From Saccharolobus solfataricus P2 (GTDB lineage Archaea; Thermoproteota; Thermoprotei_A; Sulfolobales; Sulfolobaceae), in NCBI RefSeq assembly GCF_000007005.1, contig NC_002754.1: a stretch of DNA of 64,000 nucleotides; one strand, given 5' to 3'. A model generated the notes under the pieces. That model saw only the letters and a program-made list of their open reading frames with translations. It ran no database searches and had not been told where the DNA came from. Below, in pieces: positions 22,412 to 35,225 of this stretch. Within the stretch, counting starts at the first letter, position 1. Each line of letters opens with the position of its first letter. Position numbers and translations under genes: made by a program.

Positions 22412-23047
22412 ATGACTCTCCAAATTCAGTTTAAAAAGTACGAGCTACCTCCATTACCCTACAAGATAGATGCATTAGAACCGTATATAAGTAAAGATAT
22501 AATTGATGTACATTATAACGGACATCATAAAGGCTATGTAAATGGAGCAAATTCACTCCTAGAAAGACTAGAAAAAGTAGTAAAAGGAGATTTACAAACA
22601 GGGCAATATGATATTCAAGGTATTATACGTGGTCTTACGTTTAACATTAATGGACACAAGTTACACGCCTTGTATTGGGAAAATATGGCACCAAGTGGAA
22701 AAGGTGGTGGAAAACCTGGTGGTGCACTAGCAGACTTAATAAACAAGCAATATGGTAGTTTTGATAGGTTTAAGCAAGTATTTACTGAAACTGCTAATTC
22801 ACTACCCGGGACTGGTTGGGCTGTTCTCTATTACGATACTGAGTCTGGCAATTTGCAAATTATGACGTTCGAAAATCACTTCCAAAATCATATAGCGGAA
22901 ATACCAATAATATTAATACTAGATGAGTTCGAGCATGCGTACTATCTTCAGTATAAGAACAAGAGAGCTGATTACGTTAATGCTTGGTGGAATGTAGTAA
23001 ATTGGGATGCAGCGGAAAAGAAGTTACAGAAATATTTAACGAAGTAA
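22412..23047 (+). CDS. sod: Iron superoxide dismutase
   Basis: [42 protein letters not shown]; TATA GATATAAA at about -29..-22. Confidence 0.99.
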   Translation: MTLQIQFKKYELPPLPYKIDALEPYISKDIIDVHYNGHHKGYVNGANSLLERLEKVVKGDLQTGQYDIQGIIRGLTFNINGHKLHALYWENMAPSGKGGGKPGGALADLINKQYGSFDRFKQVFTETANSLPGTGWAVLYYDTESGNLQIMTFENHFQNHIAEIPIILILDEFEHAYYLQYKNKRADYVNAWWNVVNWDAAEKKLQKYLTK

Positions 23048-23081
23048 ATAGTTTTTTATCTATTATCGCATTTTTCTTAGT

Positions 23082-24167
23082 ATGGTATCCGCAATTGTAC
23101 TAGCTGGAGGTTATGCTACTAGACTTAGGCCTTTAAGTTTGACTAAACCGAAAGCTCTTTTCCCCATTTTAAACAAACCTATACTGGGTTACATTTTGGA
23201 AAGTCTTATCAATTCCGATGTTAGTGATATATATTTATCATTAAGAGTAATGGCTGACAAGATAATCGATTACTTAAAGGATACTAGCATGCTAGATAAG
23301 GTTAAGATAGAAGTTGAAAGTGAACCTTTAGGTGATGCAGGACCTTTAAAATTGATCTCCCAGAAGTATAATTTAGATGATGACGTTTTGGTCATATATG
23401 GAGATATATATAGTGAGATAAATATAAAATCCCTTCTCGATTTTTATTATAAAAAGAGTTGTGATGCAGTAGTAGTTGGTACGGAAGTTGAAGATCCGAG
23501 AAGATATGGTGTACTTTATACAGAAAATGATGTCTTAGTAGAGTTAATAGAAAAACCTAAAAAACCTATAAGCAATTTGATTAACGGAGGAGTATATATT
23601 TTTAAAAAGGATCTATTCAAGTTAGTAGAAACTCCATCTTCTATTAGTAAGGATTTTTTACCTAAGCTACTTAGAACTAAGTCCATTTCAGTGTATAAAT
23701 ATCACGGGATATGGGCAGATATAGGAGTCCCAGACGACTATCTTAGACTCAATTTTGAAGTATTAGTACAGAAATACCCTAAGGGTTATATAAACTCGTC
23801 AGCTAAGGTCAGTGAAAAATCTACGCTTATTCCGCCCTATTATATTGGTTCGAAAAATGTTATTGGAGAGGATGCATATATTACCTCTAATACTATTTTG
23901 GGTAATGATGTAGAAATAGGAAAAGGAACATACATATCTGAGAGTATACTAATGAATAAAGTGCAAGTTAAAGAATATACATATATCTCAGGATCTATAA
24001 TAGCTGACAAAACTAAGATAGGGAGATGGAATCATATATTAGATGGGTCTATTTTAGGTGAAGAGGTAATTACTAGCGATGGAGTACTTATAAATCGACG
24101 TACGATAATCTTGCCTAATAAGGAAGTGAAGGAACACGTTTATGATAAAGGCAAAATAATACTATAA
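23082..24167 (+). CDS. NDP-sugar pyrophosphorylase (mannose-1-phosphate guanylyltransferase-like) with C-terminal LbH repeats
   Basis: [41 protein letters not shown], hexapeptide repeats. Confidence 0.9.
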   Translation: MVSAIVLAGGYATRLRPLSLTKPKALFPILNKPILGYILESLINSDVSDIYLSLRVMADKIIDYLKDTSMLDKVKIEVESEPLGDAGPLKLISQKYNLDDDVLVIYGDIYSEINIKSLLDFYYKKSCDAVVVGTEVEDPRRYGVLYTENDVLVELIEKPKKPISNLINGGVYIFKKDLFKLVETPSSISKDFLPKLLRTKSISVYKYHGIWADIGVPDDYLRLNFEVLVQKYPKGYINSSAKVSEKSTLIPPYYIGSKNVIGEDAYITSNTILGNDVEIGKGTYISESILMNKVQVKEYTYISGSIIADKTKIGRWNHILDGSILGEEVITSDGVLINRRTIILPNKEVKEHVYDKGKIIL

Positions 24168-24168
24168 G

Positions 24169-24882
24169 GTGACAATTATGATCCTTAGGGAAATTATTGA
24201 CGAATTGTCATATCAGTTGAAGCAAAGAAGAATTATTAACGTATGTGTTAGCCCTGCTTACACATCAGTAATGTTAGACGATCAATCCATAGGAATCTCA
24301 CATACTATAACAGATGGTGAGATAGAAGGTGCTGGTGAGATAATAGGGAAAAATGCTTATGATGTTGTGATAAACAATCTAGACTCAAACTTGCAAAGAT
24401 CTCTGTCTCTAGCAATTCTAAATGCTTTAGGGAGTATGATTGATTTTACGCAAGGTGATCCAATTAATTTATACTCTGGAGGAAAGCTTTGCGTATTTGG
24501 TTTTTCACCTCAACTGTCATATAGTAATTTTGATAGCGTTATCGTGTATGATTTCATGTCTACTGAAAATAAGAAGGTAGGTAACACAGAAATAAAACCT
24601 TACTCTTCACTATCTCGTGAAGTATGTTCTACTGCATTAATTTTCGCATCTTCTATAGTCAATAATACAATAGATAGGATTATTAGTCAGATCTCTGCTA
24701 ATCACCTAATTCTAACTGGCATTTCTTCGGTAGACGCTCCAATTACGCTTAAAAACCATGGATTTGAAGTGTTAGGAAAATTATTCCCAGTTGAGAAATA
24801 TCGAGTATTTCGAACAATCTGCGAAGGTGGCAGTAATAAGTTATTGAGTAAATATATAATGAGGTATTTTAAAAAGCTGTAG
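24169..24882 (+). CDS. DUF364-like (enolase-N + Rossmann-like) protein
   Basis: SIGISHT, RSLSLAILNAL, FASSIVNNTIDRI, LTGIS patterns. Confidence 0.55.
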   Translation: MTIMILREIIDELSYQLKQRRIINVCVSPAYTSVMLDDQSIGISHTITDGEIEGAGEIIGKNAYDVVINNLDSNLQRSLSLAILNALGSMIDFTQGDPINLYSGGKLCVFGFSPQLSYSNFDSVIVYDFMSTENKKVGNTEIKPYSSLSREVCSTALIFASSIVNNTIDRIISQISANHLILTGISSVDAPITLKNHGFEVLGKLFPVEKYRVFRTICEGGSNKLLSKYIMRYFKKL

Positions 24883-26047
24883 GTTGTATTTCATCAATTT
24901 TTGAATAACATTGCCCACTATAATATAACATAGAGTCATTGCAACCATTATTTTTTACTACAGTAATTCTGGCATCTATAATATTTAAGTAACGATTAGC
25001 TTTTATACTATCAAAAAGTTTAAGGTAAGCTATCGCTGCTCTTGCAATAACCTTAGGATTATTTAGAGCCCCTCCTAACGCGCTACCTAATCCCTTAAGT
25101 GCTAAATTCTTGTATGTTTCGTCACCAGTTATATTCCATAATCGTGAAAAGAATATAGAAGCTTCAGAGTTTGAAATTGGCTCTAAGTAAGGCACTTTAG
25201 TTATATTATCAATCTCCTTTATGTCCCTAAAACCTCTTTCATGTTGTAAATTATTCTTTATATAATCTGCAACCTTTATAGCGAGACTGAGATACTCCTC
25301 GTTTATAGTTCTCTCATATTCACTAACTAGTGCATTACCAGCTAATGCTTCATCGAGCAAAATTCCTTTAGTTTCTTTTTTCTTACTTCTATATACTTCA
25401 CCACTATTAATGTCTATAAAATCTAGTAATTTTTGTACACTAGTCACTCCGTAATTTACTAACATTGAAACGTTTGCAGAGGATTTCTCATCAATTTTTA
25501 TCTCTCCTTTTCCTTCTAAAAGATACCTAGCTACATCATCAGAGCATTTTATCTTATCTTTCGCTTTAAGGTATTCCTTGTATACATTAGTATAGGTTAA
25601 ATAAACTTCTATCATCCTAGTATCAGCTTCATATCCCCCAATCACTTTATTTATTGTTTCATAAATTATGCTAGGAGTGGGTTCTATAGGATCAGGGGTA
25701 TATCCCTCTAATTTTATACCTTTTACTATTCTTCTTTTATATTCATCTAGTAACTCTCTTAATTTATTTTCGATAAATTTCAAATCTTTAGATTCGATTA
25801 CCGCGAGTAAATCTAAAGTAGGACTAAGAATAGTAATTGTGGGTATCATTCCTCGTGTTAGTCTAATCGTATAGTGAATGTATTCTAGTGCATTTACCTT
25901 TTTGCCTATATATTTTGAAAAAATTGTAGAATCTTGTAGTTTTGAATAGATAGTATCACAGTCCTTACAGTTTTCATCAGTAAAAAACAATAATATGGGC
26001 TTGTCGAAGAATTTAGCGTCATCAATTGTGCGTGAATTTAGTATCAT
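24869..26047 (-). CDS. Short YyaL/DUF255-like protein (thioredoxin-like N-domain + helical barrel)
   Basis: [38 protein letters not shown]...YERT..EEYL, PISNS.A. Confidence 0.65.
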   Translation of the reverse strand: MILNSRTIDDAKFFDKPILLFFTDENCKDCDTIYSKLQDSTIFSKYIGKKVNALEYIHYTIRLTRGMIPTITILSPTLDLLAVIESKDLKFIENKLRELLDEYKRRIVKGIKLEGYTPDPIEPTPSIIYETINKVIGGYEADTRMIEVYLTYTNVYKEYLKAKDKIKCSDDVARYLLEGKGEIKIDEKSSANVSMLVNYGVTSVQKLLDFIDINSGEVYRSKKKETKGILLDEALAGNALVSEYERTINEEYLSLAIKVADYIKNNLQHERGFRDIKEIDNITKVPYLEPISNSEASIFFSRLWNITGDETYKNLALKGLGSALGGALNNPKVIARAAIAYLKLFDSIKANRYLNIIDARITVVKNNGCNDSMLYYSGQCYSKIDEIQPTAF

Positions 26048-26090
26048 TATTAACCGTAAGGCTTATTTACATATAAAACTTCTACTATCT

Positions 26091-26420
26091 ATGAGTCGTC
26101 CAGCTACAAAATGGAAGTGTGTACTATGTAATAATACAATATATTGGGACGAATTATTCACTTATTTAAAAAACGGTGTTAGTCATTATACTTGTTTGAG
26201 AGATAAAGCAATAAGAAATGCTAAGATTGATAGCAAAGAATTAACTTTGCTTTTGGACTCTCTAGAGGAAGAACTAAAATCAATAGTTTCTTATAAGCAA
26301 AAGTTATCATCACTACAAAATGAGGAGGCAAAAAAGACGTTAGACCAAATTGAAAAGGATGCTGAGAAAAACGCCGGGATTTTAACTAGATTGATTGAGA
26401 AGTTTAGTGATCTTTCTTAA
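26091..26420 (+). CDS. DUF2175-like archaeal Zn-binding/coiled-coil protein
   Basis: [18 protein letters not shown]...HYTC then coiled coil. Likely ATG 26091 (track start overlaps the divergent gene). Confidence 0.7.
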   Translation: MSRPATKWKCVLCNNTIYWDELFTYLKNGVSHYTCLRDKAIRNAKIDSKELTLLLDSLEEELKSIVSYKQKLSSLQNEEAKKTLDQIEKDAEKNAGILTRLIEKFSDLS

Positions 26421-26561
26421 TAACTGATGAGGATATTAGAATTAAATTATTTTATTAAATTATTTTATAAAAGTTATAAGATTATTTTAGATCAATTAAG
26501 CTGTCAATAAAACGATGAACCATATTTCTTAAAAATATAATAAGAGATAGTAGTATTTGAT

Positions 26562-27344
26562 ATGATCTCTGTTAAATTAGTCTCATATACGAATGATGGA
26601 GAGAAAGTCATTGCTATTGCTGCTAAGATGAGTAGGAGTAGAAAAGGTTGGGATTATCATGAGAAAGACATGACTGATGATGAAATTGAGACATGGATCA
26701 GAGATGCAATCCTTCACGGTTATTGGAGTGTTCTTGAGCATAGCGTTTATACTTTTTCTATAGAAGAAATTTCTCGTGTAGCTTCACATCAGCTTGTGAG
26801 GCATAGGATTGCAAGTTATACGCAAATGAGTCATAGGTTTGCTAAGCCTATAGACGAATACTACAAACCAATTATTCCGCCATCTGCCAAGAAAAGAAGT
26901 AAAGAGTTAGTGGAGAAAGCGTATAAGGAAGCCTATGACAACTATTACACACTTTTAGAAAGCGGTGTACCAGAGGAAGATGCAAGATATGTACTACCAA
27001 ATGGAGTAAATACAAATATTGTCGTCACAATGAATGCTAGAGAGTTATATAACTTCTTCTCGCTTCGACTGTGTTCAAGGGCACAGTGGGAGATTAGAGC
27101 AATAGCTTGGAAAATGTTAGAGGAGGTTAAGAAAGTTCATCCCCGACTATTCAAATATACTGGACCAAATTGTATAATACATGAAAACTTCATAAGAAAT
27201 GAAAATGAATCTATAACTTTAGAAGATATATTTAAAGATTACAAATTAGAGTTCATATCTCAAAGATGCATCGAGGGAGTATTGAGAGACGGAATAAAAA
27301 AATGCATCATAAATTCGCGTTCTGTATTGGATAATATTAAATAA
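26562..27344 (+). CDS. thyX: Flavin-dependent thymidylate synthase
   Basis: HWSVLEH-like, [22 protein letters not shown] signature, [20 protein letters not shown]. Confidence 0.97.
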   Translation: MISVKLVSYTNDGEKVIAIAAKMSRSRKGWDYHEKDMTDDEIETWIRDAILHGYWSVLEHSVYTFSIEEISRVASHQLVRHRIASYTQMSHRFAKPIDEYYKPIIPPSAKKRSKELVEKAYKEAYDNYYTLLESGVPEEDARYVLPNGVNTNIVVTMNARELYNFFSLRLCSRAQWEIRAIAWKMLEEVKKVHPRLFKYTGPNCIIHENFIRNENESITLEDIFKDYKLEFISQRCIEGVLRDGIKKCIINSRSVLDNIK

Positions 27345-27423
27345 CTATAGTATAGGATAGAACTTTTTACTGTAACTCTTTAACGAAGAGTATTTAAATG
27401 ATTACCTTTTATATACACATGCG

Positions 27424-27813
27424 ATGTCATTTACACAAGCTATTTTAGGTTTTGGTATTCCCATTGTAGTCTTTCTGGCTGCTGGGTATGGTCTTTATAA
27501 GTTCTTACTGCTGATACTTCCATCGAAGCCTAATCCCTTAAAGGTTAGCCGATTTGAGGCTGGTAATATCCCCACAGGATCAGGGAGGCTTTGGTTCCCA
27601 TTGCAATATTATGGTTATTTATTGCTTTATGTTACCTTAGAACCGATAATTGTATTACTACTTCCTATCGCATTTTCAAATTATTATTCAGTACCAGTAG
27701 CTTTCAGAGATCTATTATTAATAATTGTAGTGTTTATTGTTTTAATGTACCCCGTTTTGTATTATGCTATCAGACAAATTAATTTATTATACCAGTGGGA
27801 GATGAGAAGATGA
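27424..27813 (+). CDS. nuoA: Complex I-like subunit A
   Basis: KVSRFEAGN loop, [10 protein letters not shown]. Confidence 0.9.
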   Translation: MSFTQAILGFGIPIVVFLAAGYGLYKFLLLILPSKPNPLKVSRFEAGNIPTGSGRLWFPLQYYGYLLLYVTLEPIIVLLLPIAFSNYYSVPVAFRDLLLIIVVFIVLMYPVLYYAIRQINLLYQWEMRR

Positions 27814-28304
27814 GCGAAGCGCTAAAAAGTCTTGTAAACGATTTGCAGACTAAGTTTAAATGTCAAGCCAAGATTGAAAGTGATAGACGGATAACTGTGA
27901 TTGTGCCTGATAAGAAAATCATAAGAGATGTGGCCAGCTTCTTAAAAGATTTTGGGTTTGATCATGTTAAGGCAGTAACTGGTATAGACTATCCTGAGCA
28001 CGAGAAACTAGAGGTGGTTTATCATATATCTTCATACTCTAATTTAGATCTGGCTAAAATCATATTAGCCTTAAGAACGACTGTAAGTTATAAGGATCCT
28101 TCTTTGCCTTCACTATATTCAATATTTGAAAGTGCGTGGACTGGAGAAAGGGAGACTTATGAGATGTTAGGAATCAGATTTGAGGGTCATCCAGATCTTA
28201 GAAGATTTTTCTTGGATGAGGATTTTGAAGGTGTATATCCATTGAGGAAGTCATATAAGATCAAGTTGGAGGGGGTCTTCGTTGACAAGCCAACCACAGA
28301 ATGA
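27810..28304 (+). CDS. nuoC: Complex I-like subunit C
   Basis: [42 protein letters not shown]; ATGA overlap with nuoA. Confidence 0.93.
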   Translation: MSEALKSLVNDLQTKFKCQAKIESDRRITVIVPDKKIIRDVASFLKDFGFDHVKAVTGIDYPEHEKLEVVYHISSYSNLDLAKIILALRTTVSYKDPSLPSLYSIFESAWTGERETYEMLGIRFEGHPDLRRFFLDEDFEGVYPLRKSYKIKLEGVFVDKPTTE

Positions 28305-29514
28305 AATACAAGAACAACTACTTGCAGCTACTGGAATGTCTGTAGAATTTATACCAGTTCAAGGAGAGCTCAATGTCGGCCCGCAACACCCTGGCTCTGG
28401 TCATATGAGAATATTTGTTAAACTAAATGGTGACATCATAGAGGATGTAGACTTAGATGTCGGTTATGTTCATAGAGCAGTAGAAAAGCTTTCAGAAAAT
28501 AGGAATTACATGCACCTTATACCTTTAGTAGAGAGGCCGGCGATTTTAGATTCTATACATATGAATTTAGGCTACATAATTGCGGTAGAAAAGATTTTAG
28601 GAGTTGATGTTCCAGAAAGGGCGCAATACTTAAGGAGCTTTGCTGCGGAGGTAAATAGAATAGCTAGTCACCTCTACGGATTAGGAATTTTGGCAATATT
28701 CTTAGGCCATTCTACCGGTTTTATGTGGGGCTTTGGTGATAGAGAGGTATGGGTTACCATATTAGAAGCATTAACAGGGGCGAGGGTTACAAATTCGTAC
28801 GTAATACCAGGTGGGGTTAGAAAAGATATAACTCAAGAAATAAAAGAAATGACCATAAAGGCTATAGCATATCAACGTAAAAGACTAGAAGATTGGAAAA
28901 AAATTTTCTTTTATAATCCATCGATTAGAGCGAGGCTTGAAAATGTTGGAGTTATGAGTAGAGAAAATGCAATTAAATGGGGAGCTGTCGGGCCTAATTT
29001 AAGAGCTTCTGGAGTATACTATGACGTTCGAAAAATAGAACCATATGGGGCTTACGATAAGTTAGATTTTGAGATTCCAGTTTACAAGGAGGGAGATGGT
29101 CTAGCAAGAGGTTTGGTAAGATTAGAGGAAATCGAACAAAGTATGAGAATATTAGAGCAGATAATAAAGAATATACCTGAGGGTAATATCTTATCAGATA
29201 GATTCTTCAAACAGATACCTCCTATTAGACTTAAGAAGTATTGGGAGACATATCGACGCATTGTATTGCCAGGCTATTACGCTTCATTTAGACCACCTAA
29301 GGGTGAAGCAATATCTAGAGTTGAAGCTGGAAGGGGAGAGCTGGCATATTATGTAGTAAGTGATGGTTCTCCTAAGCCTTATAGATTAAGAATGATAACT
29401 CCTTCTTATAGGTTAATATATGTTTTTAAAGAGTTATGTAAAGGTTCACGATATGCTGATTTGGTTTCGATTTATGGTAGTCTAGATTATTTCCCTCCGG
29501 AGGCGGATAGGTAA
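28282..29514 (+). CDS. nuoD: Complex I-like subunit D
   Basis: [41 protein letters not shown]; no Ni-binding CxxC. Confidence 0.95.
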   Translation: MTSQPQNEIQEQLLAATGMSVEFIPVQGELNVGPQHPGSGHMRIFVKLNGDIIEDVDLDVGYVHRAVEKLSENRNYMHLIPLVERPAILDSIHMNLGYIIAVEKILGVDVPERAQYLRSFAAEVNRIASHLYGLGILAIFLGHSTGFMWGFGDREVWVTILEALTGARVTNSYVIPGGVRKDITQEIKEMTIKAIAYQRKRLEDWKKIFFYNPSIRARLENVGVMSRENAIKWGAVGPNLRASGVYYDVRKIEPYGAYDKLDFEIPVYKEGDGLARGLVRLEEIEQSMRILEQIIKNIPEGNILSDRFFKQIPPIRLKKYWETYRRIVLPGYYASFRPPKGEAISRVEAGRGELAYYVVSDGSPKPYRLRMITPSYRLIYVFKELCKGSRYADLVSIYGSLDYFPPEADR

Positions 29515-30572
29515 TGAGCGTTCTCTCAGCTTTGCAATATTATTTCTTTTATCCTTCATTTTTCTTAACAGTAATTTTCCCTGGTCTAATATTCACTCTA
29601 ATTTTTCTTTTAGTTACTATATGGTTTGAAAGAAAAGCAGCAGCTATAGTTCAACTTAGATACGGTCCTTACTATGCATCTAAACGATTAGGAGGTATAC
29701 TTCAGTTATTTGCTGACGCTATAAAATTTGTATTCTCGGAGATAATAATTCCTAATGGAGTAAATCAAACACTTTATGCAATATCTCCAGTTCTAGTATT
29801 AATATTTGCGTTTTTACCTATGGCTCTTATACCAATATCTACTATACCAACACAAGGATCTATATTGTCAGTTTATCATGGCATATTTTATGACACCCAA
29901 ATTCATCAAGGTATTTTAGTTCCATATTTCATAGAGTACAATTTAATAGGAATAATCGCACTGGAATCTCTATATCCAATACTTGTCATATTCTTGGCAT
30001 GGAATACAAACAATAGATTCGCTATAGTAGGTTCTATAAGGGAGGCTTATTTGTCAGTATCTTATGATGTATTAATCATAATTTCGACACTTGCATTAGG
30101 ATTAGAATATCACACACTTGATGTTGCTAAGATAGTGACTTCTGGAATACCGGGATTTATAGCTAATCCTATTGCGGCATTTGTATTCTTAGTTGCAATG
30201 TTAATAGGTTCTTCGAGGTTTCCATTTGAAATAGTAGAAGCTGAAACAGAGTTAGTTATAGGTCCTTATACTGAATATAGCGGTTTTCTATTTGTATTAA
30301 CCATGGCGGGTTCCTATGTGGCAAATTTGGTATATGCAATTCTCTTTGTGGACTTATTCTTGGGTGGTTGGCTTCCATTTACGGGATTTGTAGGTGCAAT
30401 ATTTACCGTTTTCAAGGCAGCAATAGTGGTATTTTTTGCTGTATTTCTTAGAGCGGTTTATGGAAGATACAGAATAGATCAAGCTTTAAGGGGAAGTTGG
30501 AAATATTTCTTTCCCTTAGCTTTAGCTTCCTTATTATTAGGTGTGGTGGTGGGTTATTTATGGATAAGGTGA
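29514..30572 (+). CDS. nuoH: Complex I-like subunit H
   Basis: [49 protein letters not shown]. Confidence 0.95.
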   Translation: MSVLSALQYYFFYPSFFLTVIFPGLIFTLIFLLVTIWFERKAAAIVQLRYGPYYASKRLGGILQLFADAIKFVFSEIIIPNGVNQTLYAISPVLVLIFAFLPMALIPISTIPTQGSILSVYHGIFYDTQIHQGILVPYFIEYNLIGIIALESLYPILVIFLAWNTNNRFAIVGSIREAYLSVSYDVLIIISTLALGLEYHTLDVAKIVTSGIPGFIANPIAAFVFLVAMLIGSSRFPFEIVEAETELVIGPYTEYSGFLFVLTMAGSYVANLVYAILFVDLFLGGWLPFTGFVGAIFTVFKAAIVVFFAVFLRAVYGRYRIDQALRGSWKYFFPLALASLLLGVVVGYLWIR

Positions 30573-31063
30573 AAGAATATAAAAAAGAAAATATAGCGAG
30601 TTTATTTGCAGAACATATACAGTCCATAGTTACGGGTATAAAATATTTTGTAAAGCCTCAGAGAATCACACTGCAATATCCAGAAGATAGCCTTACTCTT
30701 CCTACGGGTTATAGAGGTATGATTAGGCTGTACAAAGACGTATGTATAGGCTGTACTTTATGCGCTTTGATATGTCCCGCAGATGCGATGAAAATGGTTA
30801 CAGAAAGTGGAAAGAAGTTTCCGCAAATAAATTACGGTAGGTGCGTCTTCTGTGGTTTCTGTGTAGACGTATGTCCAGTGGATGCTTTAAAGGAAACTAA
30901 AGTACATGATCTTGTTTTTAATAACAGAAAACAACTGATCTTCGATCCGGATAGATTTAACGTAGATATAGATGATGTGCCTATGCAAGATAAGCCTGTA
31001 AGAAAAGTAAAAGCAATAATAGATGAGAAGAGGGGTATAAAATATGTACCCGCAGACGAGTGA
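30560..31063 (+). CDS. nuoI: Complex I-like subunit I (2x[4Fe-4S])
   Basis: [30 protein letters not shown]. Likely ATG 30560 (track 30497). Confidence 0.95.
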   Translation: MDKVKEYKKENIASLFAEHIQSIVTGIKYFVKPQRITLQYPEDSLTLPTGYRGMIRLYKDVCIGCTLCALICPADAMKMVTESGKKFPQINYGRCVFCGFCVDVCPVDALKETKVHDLVFNNRKQLIFDPDRFNVDIDDVPMQDKPVRKVKAIIDEKRGIKYVPADE

Positions 31064-31547
31064 GATAATACAATATATATTATTTGGTTTTTTTGGAGTT
31101 ATGACTATAGCCTTCTCAATATATATTGTTAGGGCTAAGAATGTGTTTTATGGTGCAGTGAGTCTAGCATTTCTAGGTTTAAGTATTGCAGCATTAATAG
31201 CATTAGAAGCTCCATCAACGTATGGTATATATTCAGTGTTTCATATTCTCTTGTATGTGGGAGCGACGGTAACTTTTCTTGCTATTTCGCTGGTAATGTT
31301 TAAAGATTTAGAGGTAAAATTTGGTAGAGGAGCATTAGGAATATTGGCTGGAGGGGCTGTAACACTCTTGTTTTTAATTATAGTTTTTATCTCTATTCCT
31401 CAAGTTTCTTCAGCAGAAGTACAACCAATTAATTTCCAAGTATTAGCTAATGATCTTATAGAGAATTATTGGTTTCCACTAATTATACTTGTTATAGCTT
31501 TATTAACTACTTTAATTGAGGCAATATCCTTAGCTAGGAGGGATTAG
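31044..31547 (+). CDS. nuoJ: Complex I-like subunit J
   Basis: Five TM helices, ILLYVGA motif; position in operon. Confidence 0.88.
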   Translation: MYPQTSEIIQYILFGFFGVMTIAFSIYIVRAKNVFYGAVSLAFLGLSIAALIALEAPSTYGIYSVFHILLYVGATVTFLAISLVMFKDLEVKFGRGALGILAGGAVTLLFLIIVFISIPQVSSAEVQPINFQVLANDLIENYWFPLIILVIALLTTLIEAISLARRD

Positions 31548-31549
31548 CC

Positions 31550-31837
31550 ATGATGGACCTCGGGTTATTAGGTATTACGATCTCAGGTTTACTTATAGGT
31601 ATAGGCATATATGGTTTATCTTCGACGTCAAATATCATTCGAGTACTGCTATCATCTGAGATTATATTAAATTCATCTATATTATTTGTTTTTTCCTATT
31701 CTTCCATGGTGGGAATGGTGTATAAGCCTATAGTATTTTCCCTCTTTGCAATAGGTATGGCTTTAACAGAAGTCGTAGTTGCATTTGCGGCTGTTATACT
31801 TTACTATAGGCAAAAGGATAAACTGGAGGTGGAATAA
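31550..31837 (+). CDS. nuoK: Complex I-like subunit K
   Basis: GIYG...[22 protein letters not shown]. Confidence 0.9.
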   Translation: MMDLGLLGITISGLLIGIGIYGLSSTSNIIRVLLSSEIILNSSILFVFSYSSMVGMVYKPIVFSLFAIGMALTEVVVAFAAVILYYRQKDKLEVE

Positions 31838-31838
31838 G

Positions 31839-34800
31839 ATGTTTCCTCTCTCCTTTATAATGTTAATAATATCCTTTATACTTGCAGTTAGTATATTTTT
31901 TGTTAGATCAAGAGTAGCCTCATTTATTTTGAGTTTTGTATCAATAGCCATAAATATCCCATTTTTGGTTTTTAGAGGTATTTTTGAAAACATATTCGTC
32001 TCGAAATATGTTGGAGACTTCGGAATTGTAGTAAACAATTTCAACTATCCATTTATAATAACTATTATAATTATTACACTATTGTCCGCAATATATTCCT
32101 TAAGGTATATGGAACATAAGTTTGATGAGGAGAGAAAAAGTAGCTGGGGTCTTTACTATGCTTTGTATACTTTATTTGCCCTTTCGATGCTATACACTGT
32201 ACTATCGACTAATCTACTGGAATTATATATATTTTTGGAGATTTCGTTAATTTCGTCATTTTTACTGATAGCGCTTTATGGGTATGGTGATAGACGCAGA
32301 ATAAGCCTTATGTATTTCATATGGACGCACATTGGTACAATATTACTCTTGGCTTCAATAATAGTAATAGGTCTTTCTACAGGCTCTATGAACATTTACG
32401 TTGATGCTTATACTTTTGCCAATTATTCAACTATATCCTATGGAATCCTAGTATTTATAATAGCAGTAGTTGGTATGTTTGTAAAAGGTGCTCAAGCTGG
32501 TTTCAACATATGGCTACCGTATGCCCATGGCGAAGCACCAACTCCTATTTCAGTATTGTTAAGTCCAAATATGGTTGGTTTAGGAATATTTGTAGTAATA
32601 ATTTACTATTATCTATTTCCCACTATGTCCTTCTTAGCTCCCATATTCATAGCTTGGGCCATTATCACGATGATTTATGGTGGTATTAACGCTCTGGCTC
32701 AAAAAGACTTTAAGAGGTTTTTAGCGTATTCTAGTGTTTCTCAAATGGGTTATATGCTATTAGGTGCTTCTATAGCATTTTTAAGCGGATTATCAAATTC
32801 CATTATTTCGTTGCCTATAGGAATATTGGCGAGTATTTTGATCTATGTATCTCATGGTTTTGGCAAAGCTATATTATTCATGAGCGCTGGTGCGTCAATT
32901 ACCGAACTTAATGAAAGGAATATTGAAAAGTTAGGGGGACTATATCTTTCTTCTCCCCTTCATTCAACATTAGCGTTTATAGGCGCATTGAATCTTTTGG
33001 GTCTGCCTCCTACAATTGGACTGATAAGTGAAGCATTGTTGATATTTTCATTAGGTACTATATTAGATAAGATAGGAATAGTAGGTTTTATAGTGATAGT
33101 AGCTTTTATAATGATCGCAATAGGTACCTCTTCGGCTTATATAGGTTATTTGTTCAAGACTGTGTACGCAGGTAAAAAGGAAACCAAGAATATTGATAAC
33201 GTAAAAGAGTATTCTATTCCAATGTTATTAATAGGAATATTTAGCATAATTACGTTCTTTATTCCTCAATATGTATCACCTTCTTTAGTATTCACGTCAC
33301 TGTTTTCAAATTCTACAATTTTGCCATTCATAGCGTTCTTGCCCGTTTTAGGTTCGCTAATCGCGCTAATAACTCCAAAGTCATTAAATCAAGATTTGAG
33401 AGGCGCAATAGTAGTGGTATCAATAGGTATTTCAATGGTCTTATCTGCTGTGTTATTAGTTAATAATTTAGGAAAACCCTTATTCGGACACCCTCAGTTA
33501 TCATATTCATTTGGTTATCTACAATTTAGTGCTAATTTGCTTCAATCCATTTTAGCCCTATTTGTATCTTCACTATCATTCTTTATAGCATTATATAGTA
33601 TAGGATACATGAGAGAAGATAACGTTTTAAGAAGGTACTGGGGTTTCTTTGGACTTTTCGTAACATCAATGTTATCTGTTGTTTTAGCTAATAACGTTTT
33701 ATTATTTATTGCTGGATGGGAGGGAACTAGTCTAGCATCTTATGGTTTAATTAGTTACTGGCTAGATGACAATGAAAGGAATGTAGTTGGAGATTTTGGA
33801 AGAAGAATATTCGGAATCGAAAATGTCTCCAAACCAACAACTAGTGGGATTAGAGCTTTAATTTTCACTCGTGTAGGTGATGTTGGCTTGCTAGCGGTAC
33901 TAGGATATTTGCTTTCATTATCAAGTTACAATTATATCTTATATCCCATTTCAAATGTATCGTCCACAGTATTTTCTGCATTGTACGCTGTAGCCTCACA
34001 TCCAGAAGGGTGGTTAATATTGCTAATATTCTTTTTAGGTGGGCTTGCTAAAAGTGCACAATTTCCTTTCACGCAATGGCTATTGACTGCTATGACTGGT
34101 CCCACACCAGTTAGTGCTCTAATACACGCAGCTACTATGGTTAATTTAGGGGCTATTCTTACATTCCTCACCTATCAATTTATACCAATAAATTCTAACA
34201 CTTATTTGTTCTTTGCCATAATGGTAGGAATAACATTATTTACAGCATTATACACAAGTATTAACGCTCTAGCCTCAAATGAACAAAAGGTAATTTTAGC
34301 TTATTCTACAGCGGATCAAATATCGTTAATGATATTCTCATCTTCTTTAGGTGCTTTACTTGGAAATGTAAGTTTAGGAATAATAATAGGGCTTATACAA
34401 ATGTTCGCACACGGACTATATAAGGCATCTCTCTTTATGAACGCTGGTTCCGTAATACATTACACAGAAAGTAGATATGTAGCTTCAAAACCATTATTAT
34501 ATAAGGAGATTCCTTCTGTGTTTATTTTACAACTAATTGCTGCATTAAACCTAGCCAATTTGCCGCCTTTAATAGGATTTTGGGCCCACAATATCATAGG
34601 TAATTTAGCTAGTAGTACTTCAACTACGATATTTTACTTGTATATAATTCTGGAATTTCTAGGTTCAATCTATATATTAAGATATATTGCAAGAACGTTC
34701 TTATGGAAGGGAGAGACAGATAAGACTCATGAACATGGGCACTTAAGTATCTTAATGGTTATAAGTCCTGCATTCTTGATATTAGGATCAATAATACTAG

Positions 34801-35225
34801 GTGTACTTTACTTTAATCTGGCGACCTTCTTTAATATTATACAATTTTCTGAGATAGATTTCCTTAGTTTAACATTATCTATAATAGGTTGGATAATCGC
34901 TTTTGCCATATATACTAGATATTTGAATTTAAGTTCTGTAAAGCCCCTAATAGATTTTGTTTATTATGGTTGGTATGTGAATCCAGCTTTTGATAAATTT
35001 GGATATCTTTTCAAAGATTTTGCTGGTGCTCTATTCAAAAACTTTGAGAGAGGAGTTATCGATTTAGGGCTGAACGAGAGATTACCTAAATCTATAGTAA
35101 ACTTTGGATCAAGAATCTATAATGTAGTCGAGGATCATATTCTTGGGGATTATATCATGTTATATGCATGGGGTATAGTTTTACTTTTAATTATAGTTTT
35201 GATTCTATTCGGGGTGATTGGATAA
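31839..35225 (+). CDS. Fused antiporter-like subunits NuoM (N-half) + NuoL (C-half), 1128 aa
   Basis: N-half: [33 protein letters not shown]-half: [55 protein letters not shown] 31839 with GGAGGTG SD. Confidence 0.93.
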   Translation: MFPLSFIMLIISFILAVSIFFVRSRVASFILSFVSIAINIPFLVFRGIFENIFVSKYVGDFGIVVNNFNYPFIITIIIITLLSAIYSLRYMEHKFDEERKSSWGLYYALYTLFALSMLYTVLSTNLLELYIFLEISLISSFLLIALYGYGDRRRISLMYFIWTHIGTILLLASIIVIGLSTGSMNIYVDAYTFANYSTISYGILVFIIAVVGMFVKGAQAGFNIWLPYAHGEAPTPISVLLSPNMVGLGIFVVIIYYYLFPTMSFLAPIFIAWAIITMIYGGINALAQKDFKRFLAYSSVSQMGYMLLGASIAFLSGLSNSIISLPIGILASILIYVSHGFGKAILFMSAGASITELNERNIEKLGGLYLSSPLHSTLAFIGALNLLGLPPTIGLISEALLIFSLGTILDKIGIVGFIVIVAFIMIAIGTSSAYIGYLFKTVYAGKKETKNIDNVKEYSIPMLLIGIFSIITFFIPQYVSPSLVFTSLFSNSTILPFIAFLPVLGSLIALITPKSLNQDLRGAIVVVSIGISMVLSAVLLVNNLGKPLFGHPQLSYSFGYLQFSANLLQSILALFVSSLSFFIALYSIGYMREDNVLRRYWGFFGLFVTSMLSVVLANNVLLFIAGWEGTSLASYGLISYWLDDNERNVVGDFGRRIFGIENVSKPTTSGIRALIFTRVGDVGLLAVLGYLLSLSSYNYILYPISNVSSTVFSALYAVASHPEGWLILLIFFLGGLAKSAQFPFTQWLLTAMTGPTPVSALIHAATMVNLGAILTFLTYQFIPINSNTYLFFAIMVGITLFTALYTSINALASNEQKVILAYSTADQISLMIFSSSLGALLGNVSLGIIIGLIQMFAHGLYKASLFMNAGSVIHYTESRYVASKPLLYKEIPSVFILQLIAALNLANLPPLIGFWAHNIIGNLASSTSTTIFYLYIILEFLGSIYILRYIARTFLWKGETDKTHEHGHLSILMVISPAFLILGSIILGVLYFNLATFFNIIQFSEIDFLSLTLSIIGWIIAFAIYTRYLNLSSVKPLIDFVYYGWYVNPAFDKFGYLFKDFAGALFKNFERGVIDLGLNERLPKSIVNFGSRIYNVVEDHILGDYIMLYAWGIVLLLIIVLILFGVIG

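Noticed and set aside
26424-26470. CTGATGA as a possible box C
   Set aside because: No downstream D'/C'/D boxes; the flank is a plain AT-rich terminator/promoter region.
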